A DNA stretch of 64,000 bases from Thermodesulfobacteriota bacterium (GTDB taxonomy: Bacteria > Desulfobacterota > Desulfobacteria > Desulfobacterales > SURF-7), in NCBI GenBank assembly GCA_049320885.1, contig JBMORA010000034.1, positions 1 through 64,000 of the forward strand. Reading direction: 5' to 3'. How positions within the stretch are numbered: position 1 is the stretch's first letter; each line of letters starts with the position of its first letter. Below are positions 48,619 through 58,421 of this stretch, piece after piece. The position numbers and the translations under genes are program-made. Under the pieces are notes generated by a model. That model was not told the DNA's origin, did no database searches, and saw nothing but the letters and a program-made list of their open reading frames with translations.

Positions 48619-50676
48619 TTACTTGAATACAACGGAATTTTTGTGCGATTCCTTCCCGCCGATGGCGATATTGGTATTCTGTCCACCGCTGAAAATGGAC
48701 AGGTCCGTATCATTAACCTTGAGACCGGAGCCGGATATGTTTGTGATATTGCCGTTCACACTGCGGTTTTTAACGATGACGGAACCCGAATTGGCCACAC
48801 TGCCCGAACCGATGGCCACGTTGGTCACCGCTCCGCCGGCCGCCTTGTTCACGATATTGCCTTTCACGTTGGCGTTCTCCAGATTGACCGCACCCAAATT
48901 CGCCTTTGCGCGGCTGCCGACGGCCACGTTGGTGACCACACCGCCAGCCACGGTATTGACCACATTGCCTTTCATGGTGCTGTTCTCCATGTTCACGGAA
49001 CCGGTGTTGGCCTGTGACCGGCTGCCCACCGCAACATTCGTCACCACCCCACCGGCAACGGTATTGACCACGTTCCCCTTCATGGTGCTGTTCTCTAAAT
49101 TTACGGCGCCGGTATTGGCTTTTGACTGGCTGCCGATGGCGGCGTTGGTCACAACCCCGCCGGCTACCGTATTGACCGCGTTGCCCTGCATCGTGCTGTT
49201 CTCCAGGTTAACGGCCGCCATATTGGCTTTGGCGTTGCTGCCGATGGCGGCGTTGGTCATAACCCCGCCGGCCGCCGTATTGACCGCGTTGCCCTGCATC
49301 GTGCTGTTCTCCAGGTTAACGGCCGCCATATTGGCTTTGGCGTTGCTGCCGATGGCCGCATTGGTCATAACCCCGCCGGCCGCCGTATTCACGATGGTTC
49401 CCTTGGCCGAACTGTTTTTCATGTCCAGGGCCGCCATGTTCGCCTCACTGTTGCTGCCGATGGCCGCATTGGTCATAACGCCACCGACCGCGGTATTCAC
49501 CGTCGTCCCCTGGCGGTTGCTGTTTTCCATGTTCACCGCCGCCATATTGGCCTTGGTATTGCTGCCGATGGCGGCATTGGTCACCACGCCGCCTCCGGCG
49601 GTATTGATCATGGCTCCCTTGGCGGTGCTGTTTTCCATGTTCACGGCGGCCATATTCGCCTTGCTTTTATTGCCGATGGCCGCATTGGTTACAACGCCGC
49701 CGACGGCCGTGTTGACCATGGTGCCTTCCGCGGAGCTGTTTTTCATATCGACCGCGCCCAGATTCGCTTCGGTTTTATTCCCGATGGCCGCATTGGTCAC
49801 GGTCTGACCACCGACGGTGTTGACGGCCGCTCCTTTCAACTCGCTGTTGTTCATGCTGACCGATCCCAAATTGGCGTTGCTGCTGTTGCCAATGGCCACG
49901 TTGGTGACCGTCTGGCCGGCGACGGTGTTGACGACCGCTCCTTTTACCGTGCTGTTTTTCAAATCCACGGCGCCAAGATTGGCGGTATTACCCTTTCCCA
50001 CGGCGACGTTGGTGACCGTCTGGCCCGCCACCGTATTGACGGCCGCACCTTTCATTTGACTGCCGGTCATGTTGATGGAACCCAGGTTGGCGGTGTTGTT
50101 CTTTCCCAAAGCCACGTTGGTAAGCGTCTGCCCCGCCACGGTGTTCACCGCCGCCCCGCTGACTTCACTGCCCTGCATGGCTACGGATCCCAGACGGGCC
50201 TGGTTATCGCTGCCCACCGCGACATTAGTGAGATTTTTTCCCACCGCGGTATTGGCCACCACTCCCGTCACCTGGCTGTCTTCCGTCTTCACGGACGCCA
50301 GATCCGCTTCATTGCCGCTGCCGACGGCTACGTTAATATTGTTTTTCCCCAGATTGGTATTGACGATTCCGCCCTGAACCGATCCGCCGACAGCAACGGA
50401 TCCGAGATTGGCCTCGTTCCGATTGCCCACAGCGACATTCACCTTCTGTTTTCCCTGGTCGGCATTGACGATCGCCCCCCTGGTTTTGGCGTCTTTCAGG
50501 CCGATGGAACCTTGAGTTGCTTTGCTTTCCTTGCCGACTGCCACATTAACCGCCTTGTCGGTCCGGGTCGGAATATTGATAACGGCGTCCTTTACATCGG
50601 AGCCAGCCGAAACGGGCGATGGCGGCATGCCCATCAACAACGCCATCATGATCATGGAAAGAAACATTGTCCTCAT
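48619..50676 (-). CDS. Secreted tandem-repeat protein (about 17 x 36 aa), candidate beta-solenoid or amyloid
   Basis: RBS AAGGAGG, signal peptide, repeats TN(V/A)A(I/V)GxxxxAN(L/M)(G/A)(S/A)VxxxNSxxxGxxVNTxxG. Confidence 0.85.
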   Translation of the reverse strand: MRTMFLSMIMMALLMGMPPSPVSAGSDVKDAVINIPTRTDKAVNVAVGKESKATQGSIGLKDAKTRGAIVNADQGKQKVNVAVGNRNEANLGSVAVGGSVQGGIVNTNLGKNNINVAVGSGNEADLASVKTEDSQVTGVVANTAVGKNLTNVAVGSDNQARLGSVAMQGSEVSGAAVNTVAGQTLTNVALGKNNTANLGSINMTGSQMKGAAVNTVAGQTVTNVAVGKGNTANLGAVDLKNSTVKGAVVNTVAGQTVTNVAIGNSSNANLGSVSMNNSELKGAAVNTVGGQTVTNAAIGNKTEANLGAVDMKNSSAEGTMVNTAVGGVVTNAAIGNKSKANMAAVNMENSTAKGAMINTAGGGVVTNAAIGSNTKANMAAVNMENSNRQGTTVNTAVGGVMTNAAIGSNSEANMAALDMKNSSAKGTIVNTAAGGVMTNAAIGSNAKANMAAVNLENSTMQGNAVNTAAGGVMTNAAIGSNAKANMAAVNLENSTMQGNAVNTVAGGVVTNAAIGSQSKANTGAVNLENSTMKGNVVNTVAGGVVTNVAVGSRSQANTGSVNMENSTMKGNVVNTVAGGVVTNVAVGSRAKANLGAVNLENANVKGNIVNKAAGGAVTNVAIGSGSVANSGSVIVKNRSVNGNITNISGSGLKVNDTDLSIFSGGQNTNIAIGGKESHKNSVVFK

Positions 50677-50888
50677 ATCCGGTCCCTCCTTTTATCTGGA
50701 ATCCACCAACTAATACCATCATATTATCCATTTTTATTTTATTTTCAAGGGCATTTTGGGCGGTCCTTATTGCGGTGCTCTTGTCCGGACCGGAAGTTCG
50801 CCCTTCCCGCACCACCACCTTATTTCAATCCAGCGATCCCGCCAATGAAGCCGCTTACCGGGCGCCTGTGAACCATATCACAGTCAAC

Positions 50889-50927
50889 AAAAAAGCCGCC
50901 TTCCGGGTTGTCCCCCGGAAAGCGGCT
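50889..50927 (-). terminator. Rho-independent terminator of the VWA lipoprotein gene
   Basis: Minus strand AGCCGCTTTCCGGG...CCCGGAAGGCGGCT followed by a T-run. Confidence 0.75.
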
Positions 50928-50981
50928 CCACAATCATCTTTCTCTTACTCGCTTTTTATGCGTTTTACGAGCAGCTCGCCA

Positions 50982-52781
50982 TCATCTCCGGCCGTCATAC
51001 CCATCGCAATTCTGATCCCACCCATCCGTTTCGGTGTCCGCCATATTGGGATTGATGAGATCGGCATAGGGCTCCGCATCCAGATCATCCTTGCAATCGC
51101 TGTTGATATTGCAGTCCTTGCCGCCGAAACCATCTCCGTCCTGATCCATGCAGGTGTCGCATTTGTTCCAGTTGTAAGGATCCAGATCGTTGCAGTCGGT
51201 TTTATTATCGTCATCGACAAAATAATATTTATCCGAATCGAAATCGAAGTATTTGACCTTTTCCGTTTCAAGCGAATTCGAACAGCCGCCCTCAAATTTG
51301 GCGGCGTTGTAGCCTTGGGCCGCCGCGCCGAACCGCCCGATAGGATCATGCACGTTCACGGTAAGGGTATGCAGGCCTTCCCGAAAGCTCAGACAGAAGG
51401 CCAAAATGTAGGATTTCAAATGTTCCCGCCTGGCTTCAAAAGCCGCCAGGATGAATTTTTCGGTCAACTCCGATGTTGTCGGGGCCCCGAACCATCCGTT
51501 TTTGCCGATGCCTTGTTGTTCTTCGGATATCAACCGGCCCTCGCGGGACCTGTCCGTTTCCCCAACATTAAGACTCACTGTGATGACATTGTGCTTCGAA
51601 GCCGTCACTTTTCCAAGGGCGTTCGCGTAGGTTTTTCGGCCAGCCGTGTCCCGGCCGTCTGAAAAGACGACCAGTGTGCCTACCTTGGTCATGGCATCCT
51701 CGGCCCGCTTGTCCAGTTTGTCAATTCCATTGATGATAGCCCCGTAAAGGTTGGAAGAGTCATCTTCGTCTACATATTGATCAAGATTGTTGATTTTTGC
51801 GTGTAGCTGCTGTCTGGCGGATTCGATATTCTTCCTGTGAGGACCTGGATCGATAAAAGTAGCGATTTCAGTTATATCTGCATCGCTATTGAAGTAATAA
51901 ACACCAATCGTCTGGCCACTTTGCAGCACATAATCGATAAATTTCTTGGCAGAAGTTTTCAGCTCACTTAACGCGTTAACCCCATTGTCCATAACGCTTC
52001 CAGACAGGTCGAGCAACAAGAGCACGTCCGTTGTTGCCGGCAGAATTTCAAATCCCCGCTCCGGTCCTATCAACTCGCTGCTATCATCAAAAATTTTAAA
52101 ATGATCCGACTTGAGTCCGCTGACGGGAACTTTAGAAGTCTGGGTTTTGGCAATCATATTGAGCGTCAGGTTGGCCGGTTCGTTTGGTTCGTTGGCGTAC
52201 AGGGAAACCGCAATATCTTCATCGGCGACGACTGGATTGCAAACAACGATCCGAATCACCTCTGAAGCACTCATGATCGTGGCACCGTCATCCGAGACAG
52301 TCGCTTTAAAATAATGAGTTCCGGTTTTCGCCGGCGTCCAGGTAAAAGTTCTGGTCTGGGCGTTGAATGCGGCGGTTACATCCGGCCAATCAAGGATGGG
52401 CAGACCGGTATCCGAATGTAAGACTAAGGTGCCGTCGGCAGCGTTGACTTTGTATTTTTTGCCTTCGCTGCTCGGCAGATCCACCGGATAGAAATCATAT
52501 ACCAGGACGTCGTCCGGAGTATCCAGGGCCTCCAAGGTGATGGACAGCGGGACACCCACATAGGCAATGCGATCCCCCACCGGCTTCAACAACGGAGCCT
52601 TGTTCGCGCCCTTGGTAACGGTCAGGTCGAAGATTTTTTCCTCTTTCGGCGGCGACGAGGGCGGCGGATCATCGCTGCTGCACCCGCTGAGCTGTATGAG
52701 CATGCAGCTCATGAAAGCGACGGCAGCAACCACTGCCGGAATGGAGGTCCATATTCGCCTTTGGCGGCCGTTAGGAATCAT
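50982..52781 (-). CDS. Lipoprotein with an Ig-like domain, a VWA domain and Asp/Cys putative metal-binding repeats
   Basis: Lipobox LSGC; NKAPLL...FTWTP...VSDDG; MIDAS DLSGS and FSDGRD; DCND, DQDGDG, DQNCDG; RBS GAGGAG before ATG 52781. Confidence 0.82.
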   Translation of the reverse strand: MIPNGRQRRIWTSIPAVVAAVAFMSCMLIQLSGCSSDDPPPSSPPKEEKIFDLTVTKGANKAPLLKPVGDRIAYVGVPLSITLEALDTPDDVLVYDFYPVDLPSSEGKKYKVNAADGTLVLHSDTGLPILDWPDVTAAFNAQTRTFTWTPAKTGTHYFKATVSDDGATIMSASEVIRIVVCNPVVADEDIAVSLYANEPNEPANLTLNMIAKTQTSKVPVSGLKSDHFKIFDDSSELIGPERGFEILPATTDVLLLLDLSGSVMDNGVNALSELKTSAKKFIDYVLQSGQTIGVYYFNSDADITEIATFIDPGPHRKNIESARQQLHAKINNLDQYVDEDDSSNLYGAIINGIDKLDKRAEDAMTKVGTLVVFSDGRDTAGRKTYANALGKVTASKHNVITVSLNVGETDRSREGRLISEEQQGIGKNGWFGAPTTSELTEKFILAAFEARREHLKSYILAFCLSFREGLHTLTVNVHDPIGRFGAAAQGYNAAKFEGGCSNSLETEKVKYFDFDSDKYYFVDDDNKTDCNDLDPYNWNKCDTCMDQDGDGFGGKDCNINSDCKDDLDAEPYADLINPNMADTETDGWDQNCDGYDGRR

Positions 52782-53143
52782 CGTCAATATCTCCTCTGTT
52801 TTGGGGAACCATTGTCCGGCCGGACGCCGGTACAATGACTTCCCGTGCGGTTTTCTCTTTTACTTCCTAATCAGGAACCCGATGAAAATCAGTATTCCTG
52901 CATGTGAACCATGTTTACAGCATTCCCGCCCGCTTGTCAAGCAGCAAGTTGCTGCTCAGCGCATCGCCCGGAAATAAATAATGGCATATTATTGAATATG
53001 ATTTTTTTAAATAATTTTATTTTTAATTATATTGACATTTTTATCATGATCATTTTAGGTACAGTTTCCCAGACCGGATTCCGGACAGGGAAAGCGGAAG
53101 CTACCGAATAACAAATTAAGGGATAACGACAGGGAGGTGCTAT

Positions 53144-54334
53144 ATGCGATCCATGCTGGAAAATGTCAGGGTCATCGATTTCACGGCCAATGTTTCCGGG
53201 CCTGCGGCCAGCACTTTTTTAGCCGATATGGGAGCGGAGGTGATCAAGGTGGAAAAACCCGGGTTCGGAGACGACGCCCGCCTATTTCCGCCCTACAAGG
53301 CCGGATTCTCCGCCCCCTTTGTGGTCATGAACCGAGGCAAGAAGGGAGTTTGTATCGATCTTAAAAAACAGGAAGGGATCGAACTGTTTAAAGAAATCGT
53401 GAAACAATCCGACGTGGTGATGGAAAATCATCGTCCCGGAACCATGGAAAAATACGGTTTGGGTTATGAAGACTTGAAGGGGATCAATCCACGCCTGATC
53501 ATGCTCTCCCTGTCCGGGTATGGTCAATATGGTCCGCTTGCCGAACGACCGGCCTATGATTCGATCATTCAGGCCATGACCGGCATCATGGCCACCACCG
53601 GTTTCCCGGATGGACCGCCCACCAAGGCAGGCCCCATCGTCATCGACATCGCCACGGCCATGCAGGCGGCTTTTGCCATTTGCGCTGCTCTGTATGCCCG
53701 GGAAAAAACCGGCGAAGGGGAGTTCCTGGATGTTTCCATGTTCGATGTGGGAGTCAACCTCATGGCAGGGACCTGGACGGACTATACGGTCATGGGCAAT
53801 GTCCAGAAAAGAACCGGCAACCGGTATCCCTACGTCAGTCCTTTTGACACATATCAGGCCAAGGACGGGTATTTCATGATCTGCAGCGCGGGCGACACCA
53901 CCTTCCATCGAATCTGTGACGCCATGGGTAAACCGGAACTGAAAACCGATCCCCGTTTTTCGAATCTTTTTGTCCGCAACGACAATGAACCGGCATTAAC
54001 AAAGCTCATGCAGGAGTGGGTTTCCCGCCATACAACGGAAGAACTGTTGCAGCTTTCCGTCCAATTCGGATTTCCAGGCTCACCGATTCTGAATGTGGAT
54101 CAAGTGGTCAACCACCCCCATACCCGGGCCAGAGGCCTGGCAGTGGATGTGGACCAGCCCAATCGAGGCGTTATAAACATATACGGCCCCCCCACCAAGG
54201 CAAAAAACAGTGAAATCAAGGTTCGAGGTCCGGCGCCGGAACATGGCCAGCACAATGAATGGCTGCTGCGGGAGGTCCTGGGTAAAACCGTCGAGGAAGC
54301 GGCGGTCGTCCTTTCCTCCGGGGCGATGGGTTAG
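53144..54334 (+). CDS. CaiB/BaiF family (class III) CoA-transferase
   Basis: GPAASTFLADMGAEVIKVE, NRGKK, ENHRPG, SGYGQYGP, AYD. Confidence 0.93.
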   Translation: MRSMLENVRVIDFTANVSGPAASTFLADMGAEVIKVEKPGFGDDARLFPPYKAGFSAPFVVMNRGKKGVCIDLKKQEGIELFKEIVKQSDVVMENHRPGTMEKYGLGYEDLKGINPRLIMLSLSGYGQYGPLAERPAYDSIIQAMTGIMATTGFPDGPPTKAGPIVIDIATAMQAAFAICAALYAREKTGEGEFLDVSMFDVGVNLMAGTWTDYTVMGNVQKRTGNRYPYVSPFDTYQAKDGYFMICSAGDTTFHRICDAMGKPELKTDPRFSNLFVRNDNEPALTKLMQEWVSRHTTEELLQLSVQFGFPGSPILNVDQVVNHPHTRARGLAVDVDQPNRGVINIYGPPTKAKNSEIKVRGPAPEHGQHNEWLLREVLGKTVEEAAVVLSSGAMG

Positions 54335-54394
54335 GGGGCAATCCCATTCGGACCGGTCGGCGGACCAGCCGGACTGAATGGGGGATTGCAATGA

Positions 54395-55363
54395 TCAGGT
54401 TTTTTCTTGTATATCCCTGACGGTTTCCGGCTGCAGACGGAATTTTTCGCGGATGCGCTCCAGGGAAACCAACCTGCCGGAACGGGCCGAGGGCGTAAGG
54501 AATGATTTGAGCTTCATTTCCAGGACCCGCGGATGCTGTTCGCTGCCGATGGCCAATATGCCGTCGGTGATGACCTTCTGCAGCAACAATTCATGCTCCG
54601 TGCGCTCCCGGATATTCACGGCAAAGGGTAAAAAAAAGAAATTGGCGAACACGATGCCGTAAATCGTCGATGTCAGGGCGATGGGAACCGTCGAAAGGAC
54701 AATCTCCGTGTCACCGACGCCCACAAGCATGGCGATCATTCCGACCACGCTTCCCACCAGACCGAAGGAAGGCGAGATCTCGGCCATGGTGAGCAATACC
54801 CGTTCACTTTTTTCCCGCCGCAGTCGGAAATACATCATCTCCGTATACAAGAGCTCCCGGATTTGATGCAGCGGATATCCATCCACCAGAAAGCCCAGGG
54901 CCCGGTGCAGGAACAGGATGGTGGTCTCCTTCTCGTCCTCCTGCAGCGCCAAAAGCCCTTTCAACCGGCATTTCACAGAAAGATCCACCAGGATTTCAAC
55001 AATTTCACTAATCTGTTTGACCGGCTGCCGATAGGAACCTAGCAGCACTTTATACACGATGATGAGCTGTTCGAGCCGGTAGCTGACAAGAGTCGCTCCC
55101 GCGGTTCCCCCCACCACCACAATCAAACCGGAAATATTGAAAAAGACGCCGAAATTCCCCTGCAATAAAAACCCCGATAAAAACAGCGCCACACAAATCC
55201 CCAGCCCCACCAGATTCCGGTTCCGGCTCATCCAGTTGAAAGAATGGGCAAAAGGCTTGGTCAGGGGTCTGGAGGTTCGGACATCACCAAAGGCATGGGT
55301 ATAATCATTTTTCAGCTCATGGATTCGATCATCATCATCTTCTTCCAGTCGTTCCGACCGCAT
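54395..55363 (-). CDS. MotA/PomA-family stator subunit
   Basis: IVVVGGTAGA, GLLALQ, PSFGLVGSVVGM, ALTSTIYG...LP, HPRVLEMKL; start either 55363 (good RBS, N-terminal extension) or 55231. Confidence 0.88.
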   Translation of the reverse strand: MRSERLEEDDDDRIHELKNDYTHAFGDVRTSRPLTKPFAHSFNWMSRNRNLVGLGICVALFLSGFLLQGNFGVFFNISGLIVVVGGTAGATLVSYRLEQLIIVYKVLLGSYRQPVKQISEIVEILVDLSVKCRLKGLLALQEDEKETTILFLHRALGFLVDGYPLHQIRELLYTEMMYFRLRREKSERVLLTMAEISPSFGLVGSVVGMIAMLVGVGDTEIVLSTVPIALTSTIYGIVFANFFFLPFAVNIRERTEHELLLQKVITDGILAIGSEQHPRVLEMKLKSFLTPSARSGRLVSLERIREKFRLQPETVRDIQEKT

Positions 55364-56288
55364 TGTACGCTCCACCTAAAGGCAGTTCTCGCAAATGGCC
55401 CCGCCGCGCATAGGGCAATTCCCGGGTAATGAGGATTTCAACCCGGCGATTGGCGGCACGGCTTTCTTCTGACGTATCCGTATACATGGGTTGAATGTGA
55501 GCATAACCGCTTACATAAAACCGTTCTTCCGGCAGTTTCATCTCCTCAATCAAAAAGCGGGCCACGGCGCAGGCCCTCAGGGACGACAGTTCCCAGTTGG
55601 TGCCGAAACGCGTGGAATTCGTCGGCGTCGCATCCGTATGTCCAACCACATTGACCATGTATGGAAAATTGCCCAGCAACCCGGCGATTTGCCTCAATGA
55701 ATTCCGGGCATCCGGTTTCAGTTCCGACTGGCCGCTGGCAAACAAGACATCCCCAGGCAGGATAATGCGCACAGCCTGATTCGATCCCAGTTCAAGGGAT
55801 TGGAGATCGGCAAACCACTTGTCCTGCATGATGGGACTCCCCCATTCATATACATGCTCCACCAGCGGCGGAATGGTCTCCATACGGTCTCGTTTTTCCA
55901 CCGGCTTCGGTTTGCTTTCAACCGCTGTTTCCGCTTTTGCCTTGGACTTTTCCAGGTTGAAGCCCTGCTGGGTCGCCTTCTGAACATAGAGGACCAGGAA
56001 AAGCACGAACATCGTCATCATGACATCGGACCACAGAATGGACCAGTGAACGATCTTCTGCTTTCGTTTCCGGAAGAAGCCCAGGCTCTCGCTGGTAAAA
56101 TCCGGCTCGACATCCGGGAAATGTTCAGAGGAAAACGGCGCCGACGGTTCCGGGGTGTCGGCTGGTTTGCCCGGGGTGAAAACAGGCTCCGGACAAAACG
56201 AGAACAGGGGTCTTTGCATGGGACCGGATTTTCCGCTCTTTGCATGGGTGTTATCGGAATTGGCCGGTAAGGTCGATGTGGAATTCAT
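55335..56288 (-). CDS. MotB/PomB-family stator subunit (OmpA-like domain)
   Basis: TM WSILWSDVMMTMFVLFLVLY with conserved Asp; LFASG, VVGHTD, NWELSSLRA, NRRVEI. Confidence 0.9.
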   Translation of the reverse strand: MNSTSTLPANSDNTHAKSGKSGPMQRPLFSFCPEPVFTPGKPADTPEPSAPFSSEHFPDVEPDFTSESLGFFRKRKQKIVHWSILWSDVMMTMFVLFLVLYVQKATQQGFNLEKSKAKAETAVESKPKPVEKRDRMETIPPLVEHVYEWGSPIMQDKWFADLQSLELGSNQAVRIILPGDVLFASGQSELKPDARNSLRQIAGLLGNFPYMVNVVGHTDATPTNSTRFGTNWELSSLRACAVARFLIEEMKLPEERFYVSGYAHIQPMYTDTSEESRAANRRVEILITRELPYARRGHLRELPLGGAYNAVGTTGRR

Positions 56289-56319
56289 GAAAAAGCCCTC
56301 TGATTGTATTCGAAAAGAA

Positions 56320-56335
56320 AGCCAAAAGCATGCCA
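56320..56335 (-). promoter_or_regulatory. Candidate sigma54 promoter for motB-motA
   Basis: Minus strand TGGCAT-GCTTT-TGGCT with GG/GC 12 nt apart, 32 nt upstream of the motB ATG. Confidence 0.55.
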
Positions 56336-56512
56336 AAAGATCAAAAAAACACGTGGATTTTGTCCAGAAATCCGATCGCGGTCCGGCCGCCCTGATCCGG
56401 GATTTTTGAGGCCGGGTCACACCTGGGCCACAGCCGTCCTCCATTACCGGGAACAGCGGCGGCTTCTGGAACTACCATGGGAAAAATTTTCCGCCTGGGG
56501 TGATCTTATGAC

Positions 56513-57682
56513 TTATGTGTCGATCAGGCTGTACTCCGGCATGTTGAACAACTGACGTACGCTGAAGCCCAGGGTATCCGGCAAGTATCGTCCCCATATT
56601 TTGATGGGAATTTCATCGATATGGACGGCCGGACTCAAGCCGACGGCGAGAAGGTACTCTATGATATATTCAATGTTTTTTGGTATGTTGCCATAAAATC
56701 GCTGTTGCTGACGCTGATCGAAAATCCGCTTTTCATGCATGGATCTGCCGATCTCCGATTCCACGAGTTCCTTGTAGGTTGTGACAATCAGGTCGATCTG
56801 AATGGCAGGATACCCGGTCGCACCGAATGCAAGAAAGTCATCCGTAATCCCGGACACGGGCAGTCCCCGCAGGGAAAGGTTCATGGCGGGGGCCACGCTA
56901 TTAAATTTCTTTTGTAACTTCGAATAGTCAACCGGAACATCAACAATATAATGCACCGCATTATACATTCCCGTATGACGTTCTTTCTCGACGATCTCGA
57001 TACCCGGAAGACTCAGGACGGCTGTCTCCAGTTCCGCCTCATCCGGCGGATCCATCACGATCTTCATACCGAGCACATCCCGTATGGTCATGATCTCCAC
57101 CGGCAGCCGCAGGCCGTTTTCACGGATCTGCTCCATGACTTTCTTCTCAGCCCGAACCAGATCCGCCATGACACCGGGATCTTCCAACACTTCCGCCGGC
57201 AACCGTTTCGATAAGGACGGATGCGCCGCCGCCATGACTTCCCGGTGGATGAACTCGGAAGCGTACCGGCTGGCTTTTTCGGCCGTTCGCTTGATCCGTT
57301 TGAAGCGGCACATACTCAAAATCCGGTCGCGCTCGTCATGGTAGATCAGGCCGGCGATGGGCGAACTATTATAGTAGTACTCCGGTGTCCGCAGATAATC
57401 GTTGATCAATGCCTCGATTCTCGTTGTCCGGCGGTGGCCGGAACGGCACAGAAAATCCTTCAGCTCTTTCTTTGTGGCAATGGGCCTCAGGAAAACCGCA
57501 CCTTCAAACAGCAAGGGGATCAGCCTGCCGATAAAATCCTGAATGGTTTCCCAGGCAATGAAGCTGTCATAGGTGATGATCCGGGTTATCCGGATGGGAT
57601 CGGCTTCTTCCAGCTGATCGGACAACCAGCGGTTGGTGATTTCGAACAATTCGTCCCGGTGCGGGAAGGCCGAGATATACAT
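56513..57682 (-). CDS. Hypothetical protein with a divergent RelA/SpoT-like nucleotidyltransferase motif order
   Basis: KRIKRTAEK...IRDVLGMKIV...GMYNAVHYIV...IQIDLIVTT...SEIGRSMH. Confidence 0.6.
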   Translation of the reverse strand: MYISAFPHRDELFEITNRWLSDQLEEADPIRITRIITYDSFIAWETIQDFIGRLIPLLFEGAVFLRPIATKKELKDFLCRSGHRRTTRIEALINDYLRTPEYYYNSSPIAGLIYHDERDRILSMCRFKRIKRTAEKASRYASEFIHREVMAAAHPSLSKRLPAEVLEDPGVMADLVRAEKKVMEQIRENGLRLPVEIMTIRDVLGMKIVMDPPDEAELETAVLSLPGIEIVEKERHTGMYNAVHYIVDVPVDYSKLQKKFNSVAPAMNLSLRGLPVSGITDDFLAFGATGYPAIQIDLIVTTYKELVESEIGRSMHEKRIFDQRQQQRFYGNIPKNIEYIIEYLLAVGLSPAVHIDEIPIKIWGRYLPDTLGFSVRQLFNMPEYSLIDT

Positions 57683-57729
57683 GCTTGCTTACCAGTTGTA
57701 TTGTCTAAAGGAAACGATGCGAACCCGGG

Positions 57730-57981
57730 TCATTTTTCGTCAACGGCTCCGTTCCTCACCGCGCTGATGATTTCCAGAATGTCCTCCCTGTAGTCCAACG
57801 GGGCGCTGATTTCGCCCCATCCTTTTTGCATCTGGAACAGGCCGTCATACGCCGTATCATGATAGGATCGCAGCAAATGCGGAATCTCCTGTTCCGTCAA
57901 TATGGAAGTGACCAGTTGGGATTCGATATCACTGTCCAATACGGCAATTTTAACGAAAAACTGTTCATTGGAATCGTTCAT
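57730..57981 (-). CDS. DUF2007-like small protein
   Basis: KIAVLDSDIESQLVTSILTEQEIPH...YHDTAYDGLFQ..KGWG; RBS AAAGGA. Confidence 0.75.
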   Translation of the reverse strand: MNDSNEQFFVKIAVLDSDIESQLVTSILTEQEIPHLLRSYHDTAYDGLFQMQKGWGEISAPLDYREDILEIISAVRNGAVDEK

Positions 57982-58028
57982 GGGTTCCTTTCTTTCCGCC
58001 ACCCGCCAGTCCCCCGCCATTCATCTGT

Positions 58029-58298
58029 CTATGCATAGGTATCGATCAATCTTCCCCTGGTTGCTACCCCTTGTGATACCATGCGCTGTTTTGCGTTGTA
58101 AATATCATTCTCTTCATTTGATTTCAGATAATACCGATATCGCTCCCCATTCAAGGCGCCGCCGTGCGGCTGCAAACCGCTTTGACCCTGCCCCTGCCCC
58201 CGGAAGTCCAACGCCGGCCAATCCGACGGCGAAGGAGCATGCCCCTGATCCTGGCGTTGAAAATACGGGATCAGATAATAATGGGTCTGAACATTCAT
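58029..58298 (-). CDS. Small hypothetical protein ending GRLIDTYA
   Basis: 89-aa ORF with a C-terminal Y...G-x-x-I-D-x-Y-A motif. Confidence 0.55.
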   Translation of the reverse strand: MNVQTHYYLIPYFQRQDQGHAPSPSDWPALDFRGQGQGQSGLQPHGGALNGERYRYYLKSNEENDIYNAKQRMVSQGVATRGRLIDTYA

Positions 58299-58405
58299 AC
58301 AACCGCCCGGAAGAATTCATCTATCATGATTCGCCGTCCAAGCCTCCTGGAAGAGATTCTCCCCACCGTTCCGGATTCCCCCGGCGGGACCAATGGAAAT
58401 TAACA

Positions 58406-58421
58406 TGCAAATTTCTTACCA
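58406..58421 (-). promoter_or_regulatory. Candidate sigma54 promoter
   Basis: Minus strand TGGTAA-GAAAT-TTGCA with correct spacing, upstream of the 58298-56513 gene run. Confidence 0.55.

Noticed and set aside
48497..49807. 436-aa hydrophobic repetitive plus-strand ORF
   Set aside because: It is the antisense mirror of the 36-aa repeat gene. The minus strand has the RBS and signal peptide.
50982..50984. UGA ending the VWA lipoprotein as possible Sec read-through
   Set aside because: There is no Cys-like motif context, only a short basic extension would follow, and a terminator lies just downstream.
52982..52996. TGGCATATTATTGAA as a sigma54 promoter for the CoA-transferase
   Set aside because: The spacing is one base short and the -12 GC is absent.
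54395..56288. Zorya (ZorAB) anti-phage system
   Set aside because: The MotA-like protein lacks the long ZorA tail, the order is B then A, and no zorC/D/E-like genes are adjacent.
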